64,000 nt of DNA from Chloroflexota bacterium. GTDB lineage: Bacteria > Chloroflexota > Anaerolineae > UBA1429. Positions within the stretch are counted from its first letter, which is position 1, and each line of letters begins with the position of its first letter. This document shows, one piece after another, positions 11,767-21,377 of this stretch. The stretch lies in contig DAIRUQ010000002.1 of assembly GCA_036803245.1 (NCBI GenBank), positions 10,723 through 74,722 on the forward strand, written 5' to 3'. The notes beneath the pieces are model-generated. The model worked only from the letters and a program-made list of their open reading frames with translations. It made no database searches and was not told where the DNA came from. Position numbers and translations under genes: made by a program.

Positions 11767-12309
11767 ATGCGGCACAAGGGATCGGTCTATGTTGGCACCA
11801 TGCTGGTGCTACTGGGCATCTTTTTCGCACTGGCCCAGAACGGCGGGGCCTTGGTCAGGCTCGTTACCCGGTTCGATTCGGGCTGGGGTGCCTTTTGGCC
11901 GCTGATCATCGTGCTGGCCGGCGTGGCGTTCCTGCTGCCCATCCTCGTTTGGTGGGAGCGACGCAAGGAGCTGGCGGGGATGGCCGTTCCGGGCATCATC
12001 CTGCTGGTCAACGGCCTGATGCTGCAGGTTCAGAACCTCACCGGTTGGTGGCACAGCTGGGCCTACACCTGGGCGCTAGAGCCCGTCGCGGTTGGCCTGG
12101 GCCTGTTGGCCATGTACTTTTTGGGACACCGCTCCGACGGCCTGCTCGTAGCTGCCAGCATCGTTGGCGGCTCGGGCCTGCTGTTCTTTATGATCTTTGC
12201 CTCGGCCTTTGGCGGGATCTTTCGGTGGGTGGGGCCCTTGGCCCTGATCGGCGTAGGCGCCCTGGTCATCCTTCGCGGCGTGGCACAACAGTCCGACAGG
12301 GACGACTAG
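11767..12309 (+). CDS. Integral membrane protein, function unknown
   Basis: 180 aa with at least 4 predicted hydrophobic helices. Its 3' end overlaps the mfd stop by 4 nt (convergent). Confidence 0.55.
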   Translation: MRHKGSVYVGTMLVLLGIFFALAQNGGALVRLVTRFDSGWGAFWPLIIVLAGVAFLLPILVWWERRKELAGMAVPGIILLVNGLMLQVQNLTGWWHSWAYTWALEPVAVGLGLLAMYFLGHRSDGLLVAASIVGGSGLLFFMIFASAFGGIFRWVGPLALIGVGALVILRGVAQQSDRDD

Positions 12310-15300
12310 CGGGCGGGTTGCGCCCGCCCCGCCGCAGAGTGCTCAAGAATACGAACCAGATTGCGCTGCCAGTCACGGATCATCGCCAGCCAGACGCGCC
12401 CACCCTGGGCACGCAGCGGCAGACCCAGGCCCTCGAGAGCCCTCACCTGGCCTGGAGTCAGCGGGCTCTCATAGGTCAGCGCGATCTGGTCGCGCTCCAC
12501 CCCCACCGCCTTGATGCCGCACGCTCGACACAGCGCCTTGACTTTGAGCATATAGACCAGGTGGCTGACTGGCTCTGGCAGCGCCCCGAATCGGTCCTCG
12601 AGCTCGCGTTCCAGCGCCTCGATATCGGCCAGATCTCGCAGCTCGGCCATGCGGCGGTATAGCCGCAGCCGTAGCGAGCTATCGGCAATATACCCCTCGG
12701 GCAGATAGCCAGACACGGGCAACTCCACGGCGGGACCCAAGTCCTGCAGGACGCCATCGACGGCCACCTTGGCACGAGCGCTCAGCGACGCCTCGCCGCC
12801 ATCGTCTCCCTGGCGCATGGCCCAAACCGCCTCGCGCAGCAGCCGTGCGAACAGATCGAACCCAACCGCGGCGATGTGGCCGTGCTGCTCGGCCCCGAGG
12901 ATGTCGCCGACGCCTCGGATCTCCATGTCTCGCATGGCCACCTGAAAGCCCGCGCCCAGGGCCGACGCCTCCTGGATGGTGCGCAACCGCGCCGAGGCCA
13001 CCTCCGACAGAGGACGGTGCGGCGTATGCAACAGGTAGGCATAGGCGCGCTCGACGCCACGTCCCACTCGCCCCCGCAGCTGATAGAGCTGCGAAAGGCC
13101 GAACCGCTCCGCCTGATCGATGATCATTGTGTTGACGTTGGGGATATCAAGGCCGCTCTCGATGATCGTGGTGCACAGGAGCACATCGGCCTCGCCCTGG
13201 GCAAAGGCCAACATCACCCGCGCCAGGTCATCCTCGGGCATCTGGCCATGGCCGATCAGAATCCTGGCCTCGGGCACCAGCTCGCGCAGCGCCTCCGCCA
13301 CACGGTAGATATCATGCACGCGGTTGTGCACATAGTAGACCTGCCCCTTGCGATCGAGCTCGCGGAGGATCGCCCGTTTCACCAGCCCGCGTTCCCAAGG
13401 CGCCACATAGGTCCGTATGGGCAGTCGATTCTCGGGTGGCGTGTCGATAATGCTCATATCACGAGCGCCACCCAGGGCGAGGTGGAGCGTGCGTGGGATG
13501 GGTGTGGCCGTCAGGGTGAGCACGTCCACCTCTCGGCGGAGCTCCTTGAGCTGCTCCTTGTGGCCCACGCCAAACCGCTGCTCCTCGTCGACGATCAGCA
13601 GGCCCAGATCGTCAAAGGCCACGTCCTTGGAGAGCAAACGATGGGTGCCAATGACCACATCCACCTTGCCTGCGGCCAGGTCATCGATCACCTCACGAGC
13701 CTCGGCCCTCGAGCGGAAACGTGACAACATCTCGACGGTCACGGGATAGGCTTGCAGGCGCCGCCTGAAGGTATAGTAGTGCTGCTGCGCCAGTACCGTG
13801 GTCGGCACCAAGACCGCTACCTGTTTGTTGTCCATCACCGCCTTGAAGGCGGCACGCAGGGCCACTTCGGTTTTGCCATAGCCCACATCGCCGCAGATCA
13901 GCCGATCCATGGGCTGCGGCCGCTCCATATCATCTTTTACCTCGGCCAGGGCCCGTTCCTGGTCAGGAGTCTCCTGATAAGGGAAGGAGGCCTCCAGCTC
14001 ATGCTGCCACACGGTGTCGCCGGAGAACGCATACCCCTGCGCGACCTCGCGCTCGGCATAGAGCTCCAACAGATCGATGGCCAAGGCCCGCACCGACCGA
14101 GCGGCCCGTTCCCGAGCGACACGCCAGTCCGCGCTGCCCAACCGGTGCGGCGCCGGCGGGGATCCGGTGCCACCCACATAGCGGCTCACGCGGTCAGTCT
14201 GCTGCACCGGAACATAGAGGCGATCGCCCTCGGCATACTCGAGCTCGAGGTATTCCCGTTCCGCGGCGCCTAGCGTCTTGCGCACCATCCCGCGATAGAC
14301 CCCGATCCCGTGCTCTAGGTGCACCACCAGGTCGCCGGGCGAAAGGTCGGCATAGGAGGTTTCGGGGGCGGTGCGGCGGGGTCGCGACGGCGCCTGGCGT
14401 CGCAGGCGAACCCAGCCAAACAGCTCGGCATCGGTGAGCAGGATCGTCCGTCCAGGTGTCAAGCTCCAGCCCTCGCCCGCGGCGTCATCGACGAGAGTCA
14501 GGGTGCCGGCAGCCGGCGGCTGCTCCAACGACTGCACTGGCGAGACGTAAAGGTCCAGCTCTTTGAGCATCTCGGAAACGCGGTTCGCTTGGCGGGTGAC
14601 CGCCACCACCCGTCTGCCATCCAGGCGCATCTCACCAAGAGCGGCCATGATATCGCGAAGATGGCCCCCTAGGCGCGGAGCCGGCTCAAAGACGCCCTCG
14701 GGCATCAAGGGGACACTCTCGCCTGTACCCAGCCCCAGCTCGACGGCTGTGGCATCCCGCAACGACCGCCGCAAGGCCTCCCAGGCGACATACGGCGTCG
14801 GTGCGTCCTGTGGCAGCTTGCCGGCCGCAACCTGTTCGGCCCGCAGCGCCTGAGCCTGCGTCTCTAGCCTCAAGACCGCATCGCCAATGGAGGCCTCGTC
14901 GGGCATCAGGACCAGAGAGCCATCAGGCAGATGGTCAAGGAGCGTCGCGGGGCGGGGATAGAGGTAGGCAAGGTGCCGCTCCAAGCCCTGCCAACCCCGC
15001 CCTTCTGCCAAGGCATCGGCCAGTTCCATCAAGTTCGCCTGCGTGTCCTCATCGCAGGTCGAGAGGTCGGCGCTGTGCAGCGCGTGAGCGGCGACAGCAC
15101 CATGCGCTGGTAGGGCCTCGGCGGCGGGGGCCACCGCTGCCTCTTGCAGCCGCTCCTCGGAGCGCTGGGTCGCCGGATCAAAAAGGCGCAGCGAATCGAT
15201 CTCCTCGCCGAAATAGTCGATCCGCAACGGTCGGGGCCAGTTGGGCGGATAGACATCCACCACGCTGCCCCGCTGGCAAAAGGTGCCCACCTCCTCCACC

Positions 15301-15824
15301 ACCGTCGCCGCTTCATATCCCAGGCCGACCAGCCGAACCAAAAGCTCATGCTGAGAAAAGAGCTCGCCGGCGCTCAGATGCAGGATCGCGCGGCGGAACA
15401 CTGCTGGCGGCACGGTGCGGGTCATGGCGGCCCAAGCCGAGGTGACCACCAAGGGCGGGTCGCCAGCGGATGGGGGGCGGGCTACGCTATCCAGCACCGC
15501 TGCCCTATCGACGATGGTGTCCCGTGCCCACATGTCGGGCTCATAGAAAAGGTGGTCCGGGGCAGGATGCAGCAAGATCGGCCGCTCGTCACCGATCCAG
15601 AGGCTCACCTCGTCTCGCAGTCGACGCGCTTCCTCGGGATTGGCAGCGACCAGCACGACCGGCGCGGTCCAATCCTGACACAAAGCTCCGACCAGCACCG
15701 GCCACGCTGCTCGGATCACCCCAACGGCGAGGGGTTCACCGCCTCGGCTACGGTCTCGCAGCCCATCCAGCAGCGGAGGGTATACCTCGCTGCGTCGCAG
15801 GGTCTGGACTAGCCCACCCAGCAT
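12306..15824 (-). CDS. mfd: Transcription-repair coupling factor
   Basis: 1172 aa. UvrB-homology N-terminus, RNAP-interacting domain, superfamily-2 helicase motifs (GDVGYGKTEVALRAAF, DEEQRFG) and a TRCF C-terminal domain. Confidence 0.95.
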   Translation of the reverse strand: MLGGLVQTLRRSEVYPPLLDGLRDRSRGGEPLAVGVIRAAWPVLVGALCQDWTAPVVLVAANPEEARRLRDEVSLWIGDERPILLHPAPDHLFYEPDMWARDTIVDRAAVLDSVARPPSAGDPPLVVTSAWAAMTRTVPPAVFRRAILHLSAGELFSQHELLVRLVGLGYEAATVVEEVGTFCQRGSVVDVYPPNWPRPLRIDYFGEEIDSLRLFDPATQRSEERLQEAAVAPAAEALPAHGAVAAHALHSADLSTCDEDTQANLMELADALAEGRGWQGLERHLAYLYPRPATLLDHLPDGSLVLMPDEASIGDAVLRLETQAQALRAEQVAAGKLPQDAPTPYVAWEALRRSLRDATAVELGLGTGESVPLMPEGVFEPAPRLGGHLRDIMAALGEMRLDGRRVVAVTRQANRVSEMLKELDLYVSPVQSLEQPPAAGTLTLVDDAAGEGWSLTPGRTILLTDAELFGWVRLRRQAPSRPRRTAPETSYADLSPGDLVVHLEHGIGVYRGMVRKTLGAAEREYLELEYAEGDRLYVPVQQTDRVSRYVGGTGSPPAPHRLGSADWRVARERAARSVRALAIDLLELYAEREVAQGYAFSGDTVWQHELEASFPYQETPDQERALAEVKDDMERPQPMDRLICGDVGYGKTEVALRAAFKAVMDNKQVAVLVPTTVLAQQHYYTFRRRLQAYPVTVEMLSRFRSRAEAREVIDDLAAGKVDVVIGTHRLLSKDVAFDDLGLLIVDEEQRFGVGHKEQLKELRREVDVLTLTATPIPRTLHLALGGARDMSIIDTPPENRLPIRTYVAPWERGLVKRAILRELDRKGQVYYVHNRVHDIYRVAEALRELVPEARILIGHGQMPEDDLARVMLAFAQGEADVLLCTTIIESGLDIPNVNTMIIDQAERFGLSQLYQLRGRVGRGVERAYAYLLHTPHRPLSEVASARLRTIQEASALGAGFQVAMRDMEIRGVGDILGAEQHGHIAAVGFDLFARLLREAVWAMRQGDDGGEASLSARAKVAVDGVLQDLGPAVELPVSGYLPEGYIADSSLRLRLYRRMAELRDLADIEALERELEDRFGALPEPVSHLVYMLKVKALCRACGIKAVGVERDQIALTYESPLTPGQVRALEGLGLPLRAQGGRVWLAMIRDWQRNLVRILEHSAAGRAQPAR

Positions 15825-15840
15825 TTCATCACCCCACCGA

Positions 15841-16419
15841 TCAGCTGCCCTGGTCAGTCGCGGCGTCCAGCCCGTTGTAGCGGTTCATCGCCTCGCCGAC
15901 GCCATCTTGGAGCACAGAGCGCACCATGGAAGGCACGTCATCTACGATCCGGTCAATCACCGACTGCTCGCTCCGGGTAAAGCGCGACAGGACATAGTCC
16001 ACGGCCTCATCAGAGGGGGGGCGCCCGATGCCGATTCGCAACCGCACAAAGTCAGCCTCGCCGAGGTGCCCCATAATCGAGGCAACGCCCCGGTGCCCGC
16101 CGCTGCTGCCGCCCTGGCGAAAGCGAACCCGGCCGACCGGCAAATCAAGGTCGTCGTGGATGACCAAGATCCGGTTGACAGGAACCTTGAACCAACGAGC
16201 CGCAGGACCCACGGCGTCCCCGCTATCGTTCATATAGGTCTGCGGCTTGACCAGAACCAGACGATGCGCGCCCATCGTAGCCTCGCGCACCAGCGCCCGG
16301 AACCGCCGCCGCTCACGATCGGCTCCGCACTCGTCGACCAAACGATCGACGCACCAGAACCCGACATTGTGGCGGGTCTCCTGGTAGCGTTCGCCCGGGT
16401 TGCCCAGGCCGACGATCAT
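15841..16419 (-). CDS. pth: Peptidyl-tRNA hydrolase
   Basis: MIVGLGNPGERYQETRHNVGF is the canonical Pth N-terminal signature. Start chosen at that Met; the upstream in-frame extension is unlikely. Confidence 0.9.
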   Translation of the reverse strand: MIVGLGNPGERYQETRHNVGFWCVDRLVDECGADRERRRFRALVREATMGAHRLVLVKPQTYMNDSGDAVGPAARWFKVPVNRILVIHDDLDLPVGRVRFRQGGSSGGHRGVASIMGHLGEADFVRLRIGIGRPPSDEAVDYVLSRFTRSEQSVIDRIVDDVPSMVRSVLQDGVGEAMNRYNGLDAATDQGS

Positions 16420-16545
16420 CCACCGGTCGCTGGCCGAATCAGAGGAGGCACGGAAAAGCATGTGACATGACCTCTCAACACAAAGGAGGGGCTAATCGCG
16501 ATGACTAGCCCCCCGCAAGGGCACATGGTTGTCGGGCCAGCTCTC

Positions 16546-17247
16546 TCAGAGCAGGCTACGAATGGCAAACAGCAGCCCGAGCAGCACAAACACCGCCCCC
16601 ATGGACGCCGCACCCAGCAAGAAAGCCTGGTCCCATCCCTCGGGGTCGATCGGCAGGACGCTCTCGTTGGGCACGCTCAGGGTCGGCGTGGGCGTCGCCC
16701 CGCCGATGGGGTCCTGAGGCGCGATTACCCGCGTCGTGGGCGTGGCCGTGGGCAGGCCGGGAGTGGCGGTGGCCGCCGTCTGTGGCGACTGTGGCCCTTC
16801 CTCTGGCAGGGGGGTCTCAGTGACCTCGGGCGTAGGAGTCGAGGTGGGCCGTGTGTTGGCCACTACCACGCCCCTCACGATGAATTCCTCAAAGTTGCCG
16901 TCAGTCTTGACCGCCTGCAGCCGTAGCGTGTAGACGCCATCGGGCACGGTGTTGGTGTCCCACACCTCTAGCTGCCCGTTGATCACAGGGGTCTCGCGCA
17001 GCGACCCGATCAGCGCCCACTGGTTGGGCGACGAGCCGATCCCATACTCGATCTTGTAGAACTGGAACGGCTCCACCGCTGCCGACCCGATGATCGGGAC
17101 CAGACCACGCACCTCTGCGCCCATCTCGGGCGAGGTGATCTGAACGGCCACTTGCTGCTGAACCGGCTGGGCCAGCACAGGCGCTGCCAGAATCAGCAGC
17201 ACCGCCAAGGCCAGGACCAGCTTGTACACGTTGTTGGATATACGCAT
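16546..17247 (-). CDS. Secreted, membrane-anchored protein of unknown function (signal peptide, beta-rich domain, Pro/Thr linker, C-terminal transmembrane helix)
   Basis: N-terminal signal peptide (LVLALAVLLILAAPVLAQP), a PT-rich linker (TPTPEVTETPLPEE...) and a C-terminal hydrophobic anchor (AVFVLLGLLFAI). Confidence 0.6.
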   Translation of the reverse strand: MRISNNVYKLVLALAVLLILAAPVLAQPVQQQVAVQITSPEMGAEVRGLVPIIGSAAVEPFQFYKIEYGIGSSPNQWALIGSLRETPVINGQLEVWDTNTVPDGVYTLRLQAVKTDGNFEEFIVRGVVVANTRPTSTPTPEVTETPLPEEGPQSPQTAATATPGLPTATPTTRVIAPQDPIGGATPTPTLSVPNESVLPIDPEGWDQAFLLGAASMGAVFVLLGLLFAIRSLL

Positions 17248-17288
17248 GCATCACTCCTTCGAGCGGAGCGAGTGTACCATAAAGGCAA

Positions 17289-17319
17289 CCTAGCAGCAAG
17301 CGGCGGGCTTGCTGCTAGG
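17289..17319 (-). terminator. Terminator-like hairpin after degV
   Basis: CCTAGCAGCAAGCggcggGCTTGCTGCTAGG is a perfect 13-bp inverted repeat 30 nt past the degV stop. The minus-strand tail is TTGCCTTTATGG. Confidence 0.45.
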
Positions 17320-17351
17320 CGATAGAGGGACGTCCAACACGTCGCGAGGCG

Positions 17352-18197
17352 CTAGGCCACCATGGCCGCCGCCATCACCCCGGGGCCAGCATGCGCCGAG
17401 AGCGCCGGACCAGCTTCGACCACCAGCGTCTCTGAGAGGGCCACCCCCACCTGGGGCGCCAGGGCCTCGGCCCAAGCGGCCGCCTCATCGGTTCGCCGGG
17501 TGTGCGCCACGGCCAGCATCCGGGCCGGCGCCAACCCAACGAACTCTTCGGTGATCTTGCGCACCGCCTTGGTCATTGACCTGGCCACACCCGTTACCTG
17601 GAGTTCGCCACCAGAGACGCGCAGCAAAGGCTTGATGTTCAGAGCCCTGGCCACACGGTCAAGAATGGGCATGACCTTGCCCGCGCGACCACCGCGCTTG
17701 AGGAACTCGACCGTATCCAGCGCGATTATCATGTGGCTGCGGGCACGGATCCCCTCCAGCCTAGCGATGATCGCGTCCACGCTCAATCCCTCTTTGGCCG
17801 CTCTGGCCGCCGCCAGCACCTGGAAAGCCTGCCCCGCCGACAGTGATTCGGTGTCAAACACGGTGACCTTGCCGAGGAATCGCTGCGCAGCTGCGTGGGC
17901 AGCGTTACAGGTGCCGCTCAGACGCCCCGTGATCAGCGGGCAAAGAACACGGTGCCCAGCCGCCACCAGGGGCGCAAACGCCTCCTCAAACATGCCCGCC
18001 GACGGCTGCGATGTCTCAGGAACGCCGTGCCCGGCCGAGACCCGCTGCCAGAACGCATCCGGAGCAAGGGTGCCATCATCCAGGATGACGTCGCTGCCGA
18101 ACCTGACGATCAATGGCACCACCGTGATCCCATGTTCGCGCTGCTGATCGGGCGTCAGGTCAGCCCCTCGGTCGGTGACGATGACTACCTGGCTCAT
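17352..18197 (-). CDS. DegV-family fatty-acid-binding protein
   Basis: MSQVVIVTDRGADLTPDQQREHGITVVPLIVRFG matches the DegV N-terminal pattern (DSxxDL...VVPL). 281 aa. Confidence 0.8.
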   Translation of the reverse strand: MSQVVIVTDRGADLTPDQQREHGITVVPLIVRFGSDVILDDGTLAPDAFWQRVSAGHGVPETSQPSAGMFEEAFAPLVAAGHRVLCPLITGRLSGTCNAAHAAAQRFLGKVTVFDTESLSAGQAFQVLAAARAAKEGLSVDAIIARLEGIRARSHMIIALDTVEFLKRGGRAGKVMPILDRVARALNIKPLLRVSGGELQVTGVARSMTKAVRKITEEFVGLAPARMLAVAHTRRTDEAAAWAEALAPQVGVALSETLVVEAGPALSAHAGPGVMAAAMVA

Positions 18198-18237
18198 GTG
18201 GCCTCCTCTATCATGCTGCTGCTATCGCGTCTTGCGC

Positions 18238-19416
18238 TCAGCCACGCTGAACCGAGATCTGTGGGGGATGGACAAAGTCCTGGTAGCGCTCCGACAGGCT
18301 AGCCGCGTCGGCATCGCCCGTGTGCACCGCCACGCGCCAGCGCCAGCCCAAGCTCTGGCCCGCCGGCACGACGAGGTCGGCACGTTGCGCGGTATCCCCG
18401 GTAAAGTCATGCAACCCAAAGCAGTTGGCCGTCATCAAGCCATAGTTGCGCACATGCCAGTAGGTCGGATAGCGAGGGTTCTCCATGTGATCCATGAAAC
18501 AGATCCCGCGCCAGCCCGCAGCCGTGGGGCCGGCATAGTCGCACCAGGAAGCTCTCTTTCCCCACGCCTCGTCTTCTAGCACGCTGCCGACGCTGTTCAC
18601 GAACCGGCCGTCCTCGGGCTCGCCGGTGGCGTCCAGGCAAGTTGCCACTCGCACCGAGATCAGCCCGCCCTCCTTGGTATCACCCAGGGTCACCTGACCC
18701 AGGGAGGCATGCAGGGTCACGGCATAGTCGACCAGGCGCAGGCCAGTGGGCGTCCGGTAGAACGTGAGCCGACGTGTCTCGGTCATGTTGGGCGTACCTT
18801 GGGCGTCGACCCAATCCAGCTCCTCTGTGAACCCGCCCGCCACCGGGCCACTGAACAGCCGCGTAAACGCGCGGTGGATCTGCCGGCCGTGGCCGGGCTC
18901 CTCGCTCCAGTTGTCGACACCATTGACGCTGCCGTGTGCCGTATAGATGCCCTTGTGGTGTGGATGGTCTCTGCTATCGCCCGGCGCATCGGGAACCATG
19001 GGCCAGTCTCGCGTGATGCCGACACCCCCCTCGGCCAGCACTGGATAGAGGTAGGGACGCACAACGTCCTCGCCATGGTGATAGGTGGTGAAATGCTCGC
19101 CGTCGATCTCCACCTGCAGCGCACCTGGCCCCGCCTCGACCAGTTCCACGGCCCTCTGGTCACCCGCAGCTTCCGAGCGCTCCAGCAGCCGGTAGGCCGC
19201 CTTTTGATGCCGCTCCAGCGCCTCCACCGTCCACACCAGGCCCACGCTGCCATCGGTCTCACGCCAGGCTTGCACTGGCGCATCTGCGCCACTGCCGGCA
19301 TCGACCAGCGCTAGTCGACCCAGATCGACCTCGGCATCCAGCGCGATCCGCGTCGTCACCGGGCACCATTGCCGTCGATGCCACCCAGCCTCCACCCACA
19401 ACGTCGCCAGTTCCAT
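18238..19416 (-). CDS. PmoA-family (DUF6807-like) protein of unknown function
   Basis: 392 aa, no signal peptide. My recollection of this family (HHKGIY, WHVRNYGL regions) plus the frequent pairing with a xylose-isomerase-like TIM-barrel gene. The family assignment is tentative. Confidence 0.45.
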   Translation of the reverse strand: MELATLWVEAGWHRRQWCPVTTRIALDAEVDLGRLALVDAGSGADAPVQAWRETDGSVGLVWTVEALERHQKAAYRLLERSEAAGDQRAVELVEAGPGALQVEIDGEHFTTYHHGEDVVRPYLYPVLAEGGVGITRDWPMVPDAPGDSRDHPHHKGIYTAHGSVNGVDNWSEEPGHGRQIHRAFTRLFSGPVAGGFTEELDWVDAQGTPNMTETRRLTFYRTPTGLRLVDYAVTLHASLGQVTLGDTKEGGLISVRVATCLDATGEPEDGRFVNSVGSVLEDEAWGKRASWCDYAGPTAAGWRGICFMDHMENPRYPTYWHVRNYGLMTANCFGLHDFTGDTAQRADLVVPAGQSLGWRWRVAVHTGDADAASLSERYQDFVHPPQISVQRG

Positions 19417-19463
19417 CGGTTACTCCTTACCCTCTATCATCGTCAGCGATAGGACGTTCGAGC

Positions 19464-20303
19464 CTACGCCTGCTCTCCCAGATTTGGCTCGGCCCGGCGT
19501 AGATTGGCAATACTCTCGCGTGCGATAGCTTTGATGCCATAGCTCGCATCAAACGCCTCCACCGATACCCAGCCCGCATAGCTGATCTCTGCCAAAGCCG
19601 CCAGGACCGGACCGACGTCCACCGCGCCCATGCCCGGCCCCAGCAGGTTGGGATCATTAACGTGGACATGCCGGATCAGTTCCCCCACCGAGAGGATCTG
19701 GTGGTCCAGCGGTTGCGCCGCATACGACATGGCCTTGACGTCGACCATCATGGAAAAGCCAGGATGGTTCACCTCCCGCACCAGGCGAGCAGCCTCATCG
19801 ACGGTGGTGATGAAATCACACTCGGGAGGAGGCAACGCCTCGATACAAAAGGCCACGCCTCGCTCGAGAGCGCGTTCGCCACAGCGCCTCATGGCCTCTG
19901 CCGTATAGCTCCACGCCTGTTCTTGCGAGACCCCTGGCCCGGGGCTGCGCTGCGCCGGGGATCCCAGCACCAGCGCGTCACCGCCCAGGTCGGCACACAG
20001 GTCGATCTCGGCCAAAAGGTAGGCCACCGTCCGCTCGCGCGTCTCGGCGTCGGCTGCGTTCAGACCGAGACCCTCGGTGCGAGCGAGGAGCCAATGGAGG
20101 CCAGCGACAGTCAGGCCCTCGGACTCGATCTCGCGTCGGATGGCCGCCCTCTCAGCAGGCCCCAGCTCGTACACGCTGGACGTCAGTGTATAGGGCGCCA
20201 GCTCCAGGCCCGCGTAACCAAGCTCGCGACAGAACTGCGCCACTCGCTGCAGAGACCATCCCTCGAAGAGCTCATTGCAGATCGCATAGCGCCACGCAGG
20301 CAT
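19464..20303 (-). CDS. Sugar phosphate isomerase/epimerase (xylose isomerase-like TIM barrel)
   Basis: Start at MPAWRYAICNELF, preceded by GAGGGAGGGGAG RBS. AP-endonuclease-2/xylose-isomerase-like pattern (ICNELF...GYAGLEL...HVHVND). Confidence 0.75.
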   Translation of the reverse strand: MPAWRYAICNELFEGWSLQRVAQFCRELGYAGLELAPYTLTSSVYELGPAERAAIRREIESEGLTVAGLHWLLARTEGLGLNAADAETRERTVAYLLAEIDLCADLGGDALVLGSPAQRSPGPGVSQEQAWSYTAEAMRRCGERALERGVAFCIEALPPPECDFITTVDEAARLVREVNHPGFSMMVDVKAMSYAAQPLDHQILSVGELIRHVHVNDPNLLGPGMGAVDVGPVLAALAEISYAGWVSVEAFDASYGIKAIARESIANLRRAEPNLGEQA

Positions 20304-20413
20304 CTCCCCTCCCTCGGCCATCGCCGCCAGCACACCAGAATGGATAGCCACGTCGGGCGTCCCAGCCGACGGGCTCAGACCCCGCATCTGGCAACACGGC
20401 GCGCCATCCTCTC

Positions 20414-21352
20414 TCAAGGAGCTAGCTGCAATCGCAGCCCTACACCCGCCTCCACATAGTCATCGCCATAGGCCTCGGCAAAGAGGCGCCGAGCAAGATC
20501 GCCCGAGCAATGGGTCGGCGCCACCCGTCGCACCCCCAACCCGCGCAGATCCTCGATGATCGTCCCAATCCGCGTGGCCCCCTCGCCGCTCAGGTGAAAG
20601 CCGCCAATGACCAGGTCCACTGGCCCACCAGCCACCTGCTGCGCTTGGGCCACCATCTCCACAATCCCAGGATGCGCGCAGCCCGTGATCACCACCAGAC
20701 CGTCGGAGGTCTCTACCACCAGCGCATGTTCGGCGATAGAACGGCCCATCTCCCCCGTAGAATGGACGCCCGGGGCGATGGACACAGCCTCAGCCACCGC
20801 AACCACTTGCGCCTTGTCTCCCAAGAGTGCCGCGAGGCGAGATGCGAACGCCTGTGGCGCGTAGACAGAAACCCCATGGTTGCTCGCCAGGATGCCATCG
20901 AGCCCGCCCACATGGTCGCTATGGTTGTGCGACAGGATGATCGCATCCAGTCCGTCGGTATCAACGCCCAGGCCCTCCATATTCGCCAGGAGCGTCAAGG
21001 CATCAGCCCCGGTATCGAAGAGGATGCGCAGATCACCGCGCTCCAGAAGACAGGCGTACCCCCATCCCGTGCGAAGGCTTTCGTTGATAGCATAGTTATC
21101 GTACAGAATTGTAAGAGTCAACGGCTCCTCTGTGGGAGCAGGGCTGGGGGTGACGACCGCCGTGGCCGTCCTCGTCGCCGTCGCCGTCAGATAGGTCGTC
21201 GGCATTGGCGTGGGCGTTCCGGTCCGAGGCGCCAGGGTCGGCAACACCGATGGGCGAGCGACGCCAGCCGGCGCTCTCACCGGCGAGCCGAATGAGCAGC
21301 CGAGTAGCAGCGACGCTAGCCCGAGCAGCGCTAACTGGCCTGACCGCCCCAC
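20414..21352 (-). CDS. MBL-fold metallo-hydrolase lipoprotein
   Basis: HNHSDHVGG matches the HxHxDH metallo-beta-lactamase motif. Proposed GTG start at 21352, preceded by AAAAGGGGGG. It gives a lipoprotein signal (MGRSGQLALLGLASLLLGC, lipobox LLGC) followed by a Thr/Pro-rich linker. The longer in-frame ORF would overlap the sulfatase gene. Confidence 0.7.
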   Translation of the reverse strand: MGRSGQLALLGLASLLLGCSFGSPVRAPAGVARPSVLPTLAPRTGTPTPMPTTYLTATATRTATAVVTPSPAPTEEPLTLTILYDNYAINESLRTGWGYACLLERGDLRILFDTGADALTLLANMEGLGVDTDGLDAIILSHNHSDHVGGLDGILASNHGVSVYAPQAFASRLAALLGDKAQVVAVAEAVSIAPGVHSTGEMGRSIAEHALVVETSDGLVVITGCAHPGIVEMVAQAQQVAGGPVDLVIGGFHLSGEGATRIGTIIEDLRGLGVRRVAPTHCSGDLARRLFAEAYGDDYVEAGVGLRLQLAP

Positions 21353-21377
21353 TAGCCCCCCTTTTCTCGCGACGCGG

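Noticed and set aside
13752-15812. Several plus-strand ORFs of 170-280 aa inside mfd
   Set aside because: They are antisense to the 1172-aa mfd gene, which has unambiguous helicase motifs.
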